Shown piece after piece: positions 1-11,009 of a DNA stretch of 64,000 nucleotides. The notes below the pieces were generated by a model. The model saw nothing but the letters and a program-made list of their open reading frames with translations, had not been told where the DNA came from and did no database searches. The stretch's first letter is position 1. Each line of letters begins with the position of its first letter. Both the position numbers and the translations under genes were made by a program. The stretch comes from Saprolegnia diclina VS20 (lineage: Eukaryota). Location: assembly GCF_000281045.1 (NCBI RefSeq), contig NW_008246075.1:243476-307475 (forward strand). The letters run 5' to 3'.

Positions 1-2422
1 CGGATCGTCCGGAAACACGTCGATCGCAAACGGTTTGGTCCAGTCGCACTTGTACGTGAACCCCACGTGCGGACCCGCCACCGTCACCTACTCACGTCTC
101 GAGACCCTTGTCTAACACTTTGTCGTACCAGGAAACACGATGGGGACGCACAGCAGTACATAGCGGCAACCACCACCGGTGTCGCGTCGGGCGCGACCTC
201 GACTTCGCCAAAGCCAATGCTTGCGCTCACGGGGCACGGCGACACGTTGTATCCGGACGGCTTGTCGGTCGCGGGCTCTACGCAAGCTGCGCTACGCTAC
301 AACCCAAGTTTGTGAGACGCACCGTTGGCCATGGCGCTGAGCTCGGCCGTCGAGAGCTTCCGCACGCGTCGAAACGCATACTGTTTGAGCCGGACGTCGA
401 GCTCGTACGTCTGTCGCTCGTCGTCATGGAGATTGGGCACGTCGATCTCTCTACACTCGTGCGTGAGCTCGCAAAAGGCCGGTGAGGGCATACCCAACGA
501 CGCCGTCGCGGCTCGTGAGCAAGATCGCTCTCGAATCCAAGCGCCAGCTGAGGTGTCGGACGCTTACGTTTGGGACAAAGCCCACGGGCTCGTACTTGTG
601 CAAACTATTCCACGTAACGTTATCGTATGCGAGCAAAGTGCGAAGTGCAAGTACCTTGGGCAGTGAAAGATGAAGAGCGTGTTGTCGGCGCTGCCGGACG
701 CAAAGTACTGGCCGTTGGGAGAATACGCCATGCACGAGATGGGCTGGTTGTGCGGCTTGAAGACGTATGCGCGGTGCCAACTACTCATACGTTAATGGAC
801 GCCAGCCAAGCGATAGCGTTGACTACCTCGACGGTCCGCGCTCGAGGACGCGGATGACGCCGTCAGCGAACGCGACGGCCACTGTCTTGCCTTGGGGGTC
901 GTGCGACGCTGGGGCGTACGTCAGACTCGTGGCGCCCATATTGAAGCGCATCGAAAAGAGCGGCGTCGCGGTCGTGTAGTCCCAGCACAGGACGTTGCCG
1001 TCGACGCCCGCGGTCGCACACGTGTGCTCGCAGGGCGACGTGCCCACGCCGGCAATCGCCCCCGCGTGGCATTCGAGCAGCGTCGTCACCTAGTGTGGCT
1101 AAGCTATCCACTTCAAGCCCGGCGAACGTACGAGTTTTGTGTCCATGTCCAAGCGGTGCACTACGCCGTGGCCGTCCTGGATGAGATAATGCGACTCGCC
1201 GCGCAAGAGACAGCGAATGTCGGCGGGCGACGCCACGTGGTGCAGCGTCTTGGTCGTGATATGGACGGCGTCGATCGGCGTCACCTCTGCGACGGTGTCG
1301 TCTTCCTGGACGTCGGCTTGGTCGATGGCGCTAAAAGGCCACCACTTGATGGCACCGTCGCTGCCTACACTCGGTCGTCAGCACAAATGCAAGCCAATCA
1401 AGCGTCCACCTGCCGTCACGATGCACTGCGTGTCAGGCTCGAACAGTACGACGTTGATGGCGCCGCGGTGCGCGCGCTCGCGGTTCGACGTGACAATCTC
1501 GCACTTGATAAAGTTGCCTACGCGTTTCTGAGTGCGCGCGCTCCCGCCGCGAAATCTGGGTACCGTCCCAAAGCAAAAGCGCGCCGCGTTCCGTGGAGCT
1601 GAGCACCTTCTTGTCCGGAAGGACGCAGAAGGCTTCAATGTCGCTGAGCTCCGACTTGCCAAACTTGCCAATGTCGCCTTGCAGCTTGAGGCCCGTGAAC
1701 GTCGACGCCATCTTCCAGAACCGGACGTGGCCCGTCCCGCTCGTCGTTAGAAACCCGTTGTCGTGGGGCGCAAACTGCACGTTGAAGACTTCTTGGCCAA
1801 ACGCCTTGCAGCGCAAGATCGTCTGCTCCAAGCGCCAGTTCCAGACGGTGAGGAGAAAGTCGGGTGCGCTGCCGACCGACGCGAGCTTGCTCCCGTCTTG
1901 GCTACCCATGCACCAGACATGCAATCGCTACCACCAAACGAGGACGACGCTACCTGAAGCGAAGGCTGCTATATGCACGCTCGGTGCCATTGCGCAAGAC
2001 GCGGTAGAGCTTCAAGCTCGGGTACGCGTAGACGCAAATGTTGGGCTTGGGCCCTTTTTCGCCGACGGCAAAGAAGGCGCGGCGCGGATGCACTGCGATC
2101 GCGCCAACGCCCGCGCCGCTGTAGCCAAAGACATAAGTGCGCTCCATCGTCGATGTATCTAAACCAACAACATGACGCATGAAGCTTGGAACGATCTTGG
2201 GACCGCACCGAGGAGCTGCGCCGTGTTGCCGGCGGCCGTGAGCACGACCGTCTCGTCGACGTACAACATGTTGTGGCGCTTCCGCGTGTCAAACCCGCGC
2301 ATGGCCACAAAGGCAAAGAGGTCGCGGGGCATGTCGCCATGCATCTGAGGCCGGACGAGGTCCTCGGGGCCATAGAAGAAGTCGTCCTCGAGTTGATCCG
2401 CCTGCGTCGGATCGACGTCCAT
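1..2422 (-). CDS. CFAP44: Cilia- and flagella-associated protein 44 (WDR52), 5' part, multi-exon; runs off the window's left edge
   Basis: ATG at 2422 (MDVDPTQ...[15 protein letters not shown]). WD40 exons include [92 protein letters not shown] and [10 protein letters not shown], which resemble CFAP44 N-terminal WD repeats. Short GT-AG introns separate them. Confidence 0.9.
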
Positions 2423-2489
2423 GCTCCGACTGCGACCTTTCAGAAACCAAAGAAGATTTGCGGCTTTTTTAATAAAATGATATCGTATT

Positions 2490-4018
2490 TTAACGCCGAG
2501 CTTGCGGGCGCAAGTCGTCGAGCTCGGGTAAGACGCTGTCGAGCGAGACGCCGTCGCTGCCCGTCGAGTATCGCCGCTCGCTGCCTGCGGGCGGGCCGTG
2601 CTCCGATTCTGCGTCCGAGTGGCGACGCGTCCGTGGCCGCACCCGGCGGGCGTGCAACTTGAGTACGAGGTCCACGAGTTCGGACTTCTCGACAACCGTG
2701 CTTAACAGGGTATTGTCAATGCCGCCGTCGTTGAGCATCTGCTTGAGCTCCTTCACGCTCAAACTTGCAATGTCGTCGGCGCAAAGATCGGGCTCCAGCA
2801 GCTCGAGCGGCGACAGGACGTCGTCCGTCTCGTTCAGAGGCGGCAAGGGCAGCTCGCCGCACATGACGCGGCAAAAGTTGATGGCTTCGTGGTAGAAAGC
2901 CGCGGGTCGCACCGAGTTGTGGCCGCCGAGAAACGAAAAGCGCTGCTTTGGGCCCTTGTGCGCTTGGAAAAGCAAGTCGACGTGCTTGGGCGACACGAGT
3001 TCGTCCTGGTCGCCGATCGCAAAGAAGGCGGGCGCCTTGCACCTACCGCAGCGTATTGGTGCTCGCCGTGCACGAAGAAGAGATAGTACTTGTCCATGGA
3101 CGCGATCGGGTTGAGCTTGAACATGTCAAACTTGGCGCGACGCTTTATGTCTCGCCGCAATACGCGCATCACAAGCGCGACGGCAATCTACACGAACGAC
3201 GGGATCAACCTTGCGGAACGAATGCGAGAGGGGCAGTAGTACCTTGGGCACGTTGAGCTTGCCTTCATCGACGAGGTCGAGAGCGAGTTGTTTCAAGCTG
3301 GAGAAAGGACTGTCGAGCACGAGCGCCGTGATGTTGGTGTCGCTCTGGCTGCATAGTAGCGCAGCAACCGCGCCCATACTGCGGCCCCAGAGAATAACGC
3401 TAGCCCAGTACACGTAGAGTTGTGCGATGCGTGCAAGCGTACGTACTTGGAGACTTCGCCCGAGTCGCGGAGATGCGTAAGGACCACATCAATGTCCCGC
3501 TTCTCGTGGTATCCGAGAGAGACGTACTTGCCCTAGACAGCGGTGAGGGCACACCGATAGCGCGCGACGGCGTACCTCTGACATGCCGGACCCGCTAAAG
3601 TCGAGTGCAAAGACGGTGAAGCCCGCGGCGAGGCCGTGGAATAGGATCTCCATGCAGCCGAGACGGCACGAGCTGTTGCCATGCAACACGACGATGCAAG
3701 GCGCCGGCTTATTCTCGCTTGTCTGAGGCACCTTGCGCTTCCACCAACTGCACTCGATTGCAAGGCCTTTCTCGTTCCGCAGCGTGAGATCCTGGCGCGC
3801 TACGACGAGGTTGTGGGCCAGGAGGCACGTCGTCGGCCCGAGGTCGTCCATCGTGTACGTGGAACGCTGCGGACGGATGACCGTGCGCACGAGGCTATCG
3901 TATGCGAACTTGACCGTCGCCCAGATGCCTGGAGGCGGCTGCGGCGGCTCGGCCTCTACACGCGCCTGAGGCCATGTCCAGGCGGCGTCGCCCTCGTACC
4001 TCCTCGGTCGTCCTGCAT
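2490..4018 (-). CDS. Alpha/beta-hydrolase (YqkD/ABHD-like serine hydrolase) with a C-terminal SAP-like helix-extension-helix motif, multi-exon
   Basis: Spliced product MQDDRG|EAEPP...IRPQRSTY; VVLHGNSSCR; FALDFSGSGMSE; nucleophile elbow LWGRSMGA; LVLDSPFS; GDQDELV and GGHNS supply the likely Asp and His. Tail contains LSVKELKQMLNDGGID...VEKSELVDLV. Confidence 0.85.
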
Positions 4019-5973
4019 CCCGTGTCGGTTTGTACGGTTAATGACCACGTCAAACAGCGGTTTTAAACCGGTGTATCCGGATGGACGCGCCGGCATACAA
4101 TTAGCAAGCCACATGACGTTGTTCAAGTTGAACCCAGGCCGAGCGTTAAACTCTGCGCGGTGACGATACACGCCACTGATAGTCTTCATCGCACGCGGCT
4201 AGCACGCTCGAACGACAAGGGTACGGCTGAAGGCGATACCATCGAGGATCCAACCTCTGATGCTCAGAGGAGTGGCCTTTCTGGCTGGGAATTGCAGTGT
4301 GTACTGGCTGGGCGCTAGCCACGCAGTCCGGAATAGCACTCATACTGCTTGCATATTGCCCTCGAGAGAGTTCGCGCTCCGTGTAGGAGAAGGTACTGGT
4401 GATTGCAGCCAGGGATACTTCTTACCCCTCGAGTGAGGTTCTGTGTTCGGTTGCGTCGTGGGGTCGTCAATTGCATCTCTGTGAGGTCGACAAGACCCCG
4501 TTGAGATCATCAGTTCCCATTCAGATACGTCGATGCAGTCATTCACCAGCCCAACAGCCAGCAGCTTTGCTGCCATCCCAGCCAGCTCCATTCTGGCCTT
4601 GCGTTCAGCAGCTGCGGTTGCAAAGCCAAGTGCAGCCGTCGGGCGAGATCGGGCACGATCGGAAGCTTGTGCCCTCCACATGCAAGGCAAGCGGCCGAGG
4701 AAAGTTCAGAAATGTGCGCATCTCGAGGCACTTACGTAGGAGGATCGCCTCTCCATTCGCACGGAATGGACTTAGGTAATGGTCATAAAGTGTACTGCGC
4801 TGCAGAGCTGCTCTGCAGCATGACGCAACACTGCAGCCGACTGGTAGCAGATCGCTGCCGCAGCGTTTGACCATGTCGCGCACTCCTGCGCCTCTAGTTC
4901 TTAGACACTGATACATTGGCTTGTCTAGCGAGGAACTCTCTGCACATTAGGCTAGTGCCCACTAAATTGCTTCATGCTGAAGGCCACCGATGGCATTGCC
5001 TGCTTTGCTGTGGTGGCGCCACGATGGAGGGACCAGTTCCGCCTGGAATTACTCACAGGCGACTAGTTGAGACACTTCTGAGAGGGATGCCGTCGACAGG
5101 GAAACTCCCTCAGATCAACGGACGCGGGCTATAGAGAGTCGAAGCATGTCGCACGCGTAGAAAATCCAAGATCGCGGGCGCCTTTCGGAAATGCGTGACG
5201 CTTCGGTGTCGGTCGTGTCCTTGGCGCCACGGCAATTTGCCTCTGGTCCACGCTATAGACGTACAATGCACTGGCTTTCGAAAGCTTCTACTCGACCGTT
5301 CGTGCCCACGTTGTCTCTGCGTGCAACTAGACACCTCTCTTGCCCGGTCAACTCTGTGGCGTAAAGATAGTTGGTGGGGGTGCAGCTTCTGGGTAGGCAC
5401 GTTCGTCGCACCAGGCCATGCAGCGATTGATGCAGCAGCAGCAAATCTTGCGGGCAAATGAAGCAGCAAATTTCTGCATGATTATGGCTTGATGCCGACG
5501 CTGTCACCGTGTCGGCGCCAGCTGGACGCCGTCACGCTTCTCGCAAGGCGCATCTCCAGTGTCTCTTATTGCACCGAGCGTCATCGAGCGTGCAGCGGTG
5601 GGCCAACGAAGAGACGAAGGCGAGGCTGGTCGTCATGGTGCTGTCGTCGGTGGTGGTGCCGGTGGTTGTCGACAGATCTTGGAGGCGCAACAAAATCGGT
5701 CTGTAGCGTCGCGTCGGTTGTGCTAAGGGAGTGACCTTCAACAATGCGATGCTGGTGATATATTAATATGCAGATGCTGCCGATCACATACAGTAACGCA
5801 ATCATTTTAAAACGACATGAAAAAATGGAATCCAATAAAATCCGCGACCGGAGAATTATCGCTCGGGCTGCCACCAAATTATTATTAATAATTGCCCCGG
5901 AGCTGCCCAGGTCCAGCGCAACAGCAACACCGCGCAGGACTCGCTGGACAACGACGACGACGCCGACGACGAG

Positions 5974-6633
5974 ATGGGCCAGACGTGGAGCACCCAGAAG
6001 GACGACTACTACGTCGGTAGCACGTCGCCGTACACGATGAACAGCTTCAGCACGGGCGCCTTGAGCCACGACCGCAAGACCGATGTCATCTACGACACGG
6101 ACGACCACGGCGAAGAGACGCTCGTCATTGGAGCCCGCGCCAACCTCCCTTTGCTCGACATCAAAGGCAAGAAGCAGAAGCAAAGCGATCTGCTCAAGCG
6201 CATGGGCCTTGTCGTACGCACGAGCGGCAGTCGCCTCACACGGTCCGCGTCGGTCGTAATAACAGATGTGGTGCGCCTCGATGGCGCCAAGCTCGTGCCT
6301 CGCAACAAAACGTACGGGTCGGCGCCGGCCAACTGGCCGCCATCGAGTGTGAAAGGGCCCGCGGAAGCTAGCGGCGCGCTTCGCATCGGTGACTCTATCT
6401 ATTCGATCAACGGCGTCAAAGTCGTGAACAAGTCGCGCAGCCAAGTGATACGGCTCATTGCGGAAGCATCGACGCACCCGCTGGTGCTCACCTTCCGCCA
6501 CGGCGACGCGATGGCTCAAGTACAATGGGACCAAGAGCTGTGCCTGGATCCGCCCGAGGGCGAGTACAAGGAGCCCGAGAACGAGTGGGGCCCAGCCCAG
6601 CCGCCCAAGGTCGGCGGCTCGGTCTCAATCTAA
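5974..6633 (+). CDS. PDZ-domain protein with a predicted N-myristoylation site
   Basis: Single ORF of 219 aa. GPAEASGALRIGDSIYSINGVKVVNKSRSQVIRLIAEASTHPLVLTFR matches the PDZ C-terminal half; the N-terminus is MGQTWS. Confidence 0.75.
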   Translation: MGQTWSTQKDDYYVGSTSPYTMNSFSTGALSHDRKTDVIYDTDDHGEETLVIGARANLPLLDIKGKKQKQSDLLKRMGLVVRTSGSRLTRSASVVITDVVRLDGAKLVPRNKTYGSAPANWPPSSVKGPAEASGALRIGDSIYSINGVKVVNKSRSQVIRLIAEASTHPLVLTFRHGDAMAQVQWDQELCLDPPEGEYKEPENEWGPAQPPKVGGSVSI

Positions 6634-6709
6634 CGACGAGGCGACGTGTGGATAGTTTTAGTAGATGATTGTGGATTTATAACAACAAGCTTATCATTAG
6701 TTATCATTC

Positions 6710-7805
6710 CTACCGCGCGTCGAGCTGGAGCGCCTGCTTGATGTAGTCGAACGACCCAAACGTGATGCCCACCATGGGGATGACCTTGAGCAGCTCGGGC
6801 GCGAGGCCGCGGTAGAAACCTCGCACACCTTGCTCTGCGTACAGCGCACGCGTGATCTCCATGGCCGACATGGCCCTCCCGCCTCCGTGGATGCCTGAGA
6901 TCTGCATGCGCCGGCGAATCACGTCGACGGGAAACGTAATGCTGGACGACACGATGCCCGAGACGCCGCCGCAGAGAAGGGTGTCGATAACGCCGAGCGA
7001 CGTGTTCACGGACGCGTCCTCGTTCTTGCTGCTGCGGTACACGAGCGCCATCTCCTTGAGAGCCTCGAACATGGTAAAGTTCACGGCCATGTTGGGCACG
7101 GTCACGAGGAGCGTCGTCGAGAGGCCGCGGTAGAGCCCACGTGTGCCCTCTTCCGCGCGAATGCGATGGAACGCGTGCGAGATACCGCGGTACCGAATGT
7201 CCTTGTCGAGCTGCGTGATAAGGCGCGTGCGAATGAGATCGATGGGGTAGCAGACGCTGGTCGAAGTTGCGGCTGCAATCGCGCCCGAAAGAAAGCTGAT
7301 GGACATCTGCCCCGACTGCGACGACGCCTCGCCAAACGACCCCTTCATGAGCTCGTACGTGAAAAAGTTGACGGCCGAGTACGGAAACCGGTGCACCACA
7401 CTCGCGCCGTTGCCTTTCCAGAGCGACACGACGCCTTCGTTGCGGACGACCTAGGATACACCATGAACAATGGTCGCGACGCATCTGTGCTACCTTCATG
7501 AAGGCCTGCGGCAACGAGTCCGAGAACTTGCCCTTGTGCGTCGCAGAGACCATGCTGTGGACCTGGAAGAGGATTGTAAGGCGGCTCAATGGCGCGGTGC
7601 AAGTCTTCCCAACGCTGCCCGCGACGCCACCGGCAAAGAGCACGGTGGCCTGCTTGGCGATCTCGTCCAGCAAGCGGCGCTGGTGGTCGACGTCGACGGT
7701 CTCCGTGCACACATCGCCGGCGTCGCCGAAGCTCACGGCGCCGGTCGTGTGGCGGCGAAGGAGCTGAGGCGTCACCGCGTCGCCTTGGGGCGGAGGACCG
7801 GTCAT
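6710..7805 (-). CDS. Mitochondrial carrier (SLC25; adenine nucleotide/CoA carrier-like), 2 exons
   Basis: Three carrier repeats with Px[DE]xx[KR]-type signatures (APLSRLTIL, YPIDLIRTRL, FPVDVIRRRMQ); also SLWKGNGASVVHRFPYSAVNF and GFYRGL. Intron near 7452-7493. Confidence 0.92.
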
Positions 7806-8032
7806 GGGCCTGACGACGAAGATTCGCTCGGCTTAGCAAGTCCCACCACTCGATGGTCGCACTGGTGACTTTCCGCACCTTTTTCACGAATTCGGTGCGT
7901 ATTAGGGAATGGGTGCGCGAGCGACGTCATCCGGATAGTAGACAAGAGCGACACACACAATTGACACGGGAAGCAAATGTAAAGATACGAACGAACTCAG
8001 TGACAAAAACCCGGACGCGCAGCAGCAGCAGC

Positions 8033-9118
8033 ATGGACGCCCGGCAAACGACGCCGCGAGGTCCCGAGTGGCGCTACTTTGGCGAGCCCATGGCGCCGAT
8101 AGCTCCAGCCTTCCTGTCGCTGGCGAAGCGGCCAAAGATGATCCCTCTCGTTCCTTGCGCCTTTTGCGGCCTCCACGTCCCCGCACGGTCCAACTCGCTG
8201 CGCCGCCACTTGCGGGAATGCGCCGCTTGCAGCGACGACGCGCGCCTCTGCTGTACGCAACTCTTTTTCTCGCGTCCGTTTCTTTCAACACGTACGACGT
8301 AGGTATCAAGCAGCCGCCATCGTCCGTTGTGATCTCGGCCCCGCCCATGCCCGACGCGCCCCACGAACGATCGCTCAAGGCCACGCAGCGCCGCCTCAAG
8401 AACCGGCTCGCGTGCCGTGAGAACCGAAAGAAGAAGAAGGAGCTGCGCGAGAACCTCAAGGGCGAGGTCGCCGCGCTCTGTGCCAACAACGCGACGCTCC
8501 ACGGCGAGATCAACGCCCTCTTGGGCTTTGAGGAGCCCATTCTGCTGCCAGCGCTCGATTTATCTCCGGCAAGTCCCAACACGGGCGCGACGACGAGCGC
8601 TAGCGAGCTCTACTGGAAAGCAGCCCTCTTTTTTGCCCGCTACAAGCCGGGGGGTGCCGTACCGCGTCACGACACCCCCGAAGGCAGCTTCTACAGCGCA
8701 CAGACATGCACCGTGTCCGGCGACCCCGGCAGTTTGAGCGCCCAGCTGACCATGCCAGGTCCGCTTGAGGCCATCTGGGACATGAAGTCGCTGCTCATCA
8801 ACGACATCGCTGTCGCCGAGCCCGAGCTGCCGACGGAGCTCCCAACTGGCGACGTACGTTGCGTCGTCATACTTCCGTGAGGCGTAACGATGGCTTTCGT
8901 AGATGCAACTCGTGCTCCTTGAGCGTGGTCAGATTCGTCACGTCCGCTTGCTCCACCGCCTCTTCAACGCCGCGACGGTTGCCCGCATCGAAGCCGCAGG
9001 TGGTGCAGCGGAAGCGGTGGGCGAGTTTACGTGGCGCATTATCTGCTCGTGCGACGCCGTCCGTGCGCGCTCCATGCAAATATCGCTGCTGCGGTATCGT
9101 ACACTTAGTGTGCACTGA
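8033..9118 (+). CDS. bZIP transcription factor with an N-terminal BED-type zinc finger, 3 exons
   Basis: Exon 1: EWRYF...CAFCG...NSLRRHLREC. A GT-AG intron (about 8253-8302) joins it in frame to QRRLKNRLACRENRKKKKELRENLKGEVAALCANNATLHGEINAL (basic region N-x7-R plus leucine zipper). The last exon, MQLVLLERG..., ends at 9118. Confidence 0.75.
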
Positions 9119-9435
9119 CTCTAGTAAAAAGATACAAATGAAAAAGCCGACCAACCTCGAAATGCCTTTGCCACAAAATGCCAGTGCATTACTCCCTTCC
9201 CACGTGAAGTACTTTGCTCAGCGTCCATGTTGGGCAGGTTAGTCTAGCACCTGATCTGGATCTACGTCACGACTACGAGTGACCGCGGGAACAAGGACGT
9301 TTATGATGTTTCTTAGTGGGTTAACGCTAGCGAGCGTGGACTATAGTCTTGTCTTGTTGAATATGCGTTCGACGTGGTCGATCGTAGCCGTGTGTTAAGA
9401 CGACCTGCGGCGAGATGGGTCATTTGTGTACGCGA

Positions 9436-10480
9436 CTACTTGCGCGTGAAGCGGCTCGTGATCGACTGCATGATGCCGCCCTTCGCGGCCTTCTCGGCCT
9501 TCTTGAGCGCGTCCTTGATCGACTTGCGGTCCAGCGATTGGTGGAAGCTCTTGAGATCTTGCTTGAGCGTCGCGATCGTCGACTCTTTGACGTCGTCAAA
9601 CATCTTTTCAAGCGGACACCCGAGGCACTGCATGACGTTCTTGCGCGCCGCGTTCGTGCAAGAGACCTCGTACGGCGCCGATGGCATGACAAAGTTGCGG
9701 AAAATGCTCCACGCCTTGTTCTTGATCGCCTCCATGTTCTTCGTCTTGGCGAGCTCCTCAAACACAATGATGGCGCGCACGCACTTGAGGTTCTCGGCGT
9801 TGAACTCTATATCGTGAGGGTTACGCGCGTGGTCGTCAGATTCTCTCAAGGGACGTACTTTTCTGCAGGTACGCGTGCATTTCGGGAAAGAGGTACATGT
9901 CGGCGAGGATTTCGTCAATCGTATACTCGGCCGAGTCGATGGTTGCCACTTTGATGAGGATGTCCGTAGGCGGCGTGAGCACGTACTCCTCAAACGATTC
10001 GGGCGCCTCCGAGAGGCGCGTAATGAGCTCCGAGAACTGAACCGACTTGATGAAGCGGTTGAGCGTATCTTTTTGGAGCGTCTTCATTGCGTCTTGGATC
10101 GCGACGTCGAAGAGTTTGCCCTTGAACTTTGTGATCTTGTCCATGCGCTCGATCGTGATTTGCCGGTCCTCGCTCGGGAGACTCACTTCGTTGGGCGAGT
10201 TGCGCGAGAGAAAGTCTTTCCAGATCGTGGCCGCCATCGCGCCGCATTTCTTGACGTCTTCTTCGTCGTCAAAGTTGAGCAGCTCGCATCGGTCCTTGTA
10301 CTTGTCGACGGCCATGACAAAGTTCAAGTTCTCGGCGCAGAGGTTCTTTTGGCAAAAGTCGAGGAGGTACCCGACCGCGATCGGATTCGTTGTCACGTCA
10401 TCGATCGTGATGTCGCGCTTCGTCAGGAGCGCGTCGTTGTTGATGCCCTTCTTGCCCCGGGCAGAGTTGAGTGCCGCCAT
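9436..10480 (-). CDS. Regulator of G-protein signalling protein with two RGS domains, 2 exons
   Basis: RGS1: YLLDFCQKNLCAENLNFVMAVDKYK...IWKDFLSRNSPNEVSL...LFDVA...LQKDTLNRF. RGS2: YLQKK|FNAENLKCV...IFRNFVMPSAPYEVSC...MFDDVK. The first ATG is at 10480. Confidence 0.88.
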
Positions 10481-11009
10481 CTCCGAGGCCGATTCCAAAG
10501 TGCGTCGCGGTCGGTTTTGTCGGCTGTATTTTTACACGCCGCTCGAAATAGAGCCAATCAGCGGGCTGCGTTGGGATCCCGCGTCCGTTCAACGCCAAGA
10601 TGGCGCCACGTATATCGTTGACTTCAAGCCACCACACGGATGCGACGCGATGCTTCCTGTACAAGGCAAGACCTTTGGCCATCGCGCTCGAGGTACTAGA
10701 GTATTTTACTAGACGAGGGTAGGCACGAAAATACGTTCGACGCCGACTGCAGCGACTACCGCGACGCTATGTTACTCAAATTCGACTCGGGATACCTTTG
10801 TGGTTTGCGCGAAATATGCGCTGTTGTGTGCTTGGAACCGAAAGCAAGCACCCATCTATATTCCCTACTTGCGAGGTTGCCAACGTCCCATGAGGCGGCT
10901 GAACAATCTCAATCTTTTCGCGCCAAGATTTTATCGTTTGGCGCACACGCCGTTTCTCAAAGTAATCGTTTCACAAGTGCCCTTTCAGCCAACATCGCGG
11001 GAAACCCTC

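Noticed and set aside
8033..8250. hAT transposase suggested by the BED finger
   Set aside because: No DDE or dimerisation domain and no terminal inverted repeats were seen; the exon splices into a bZIP.
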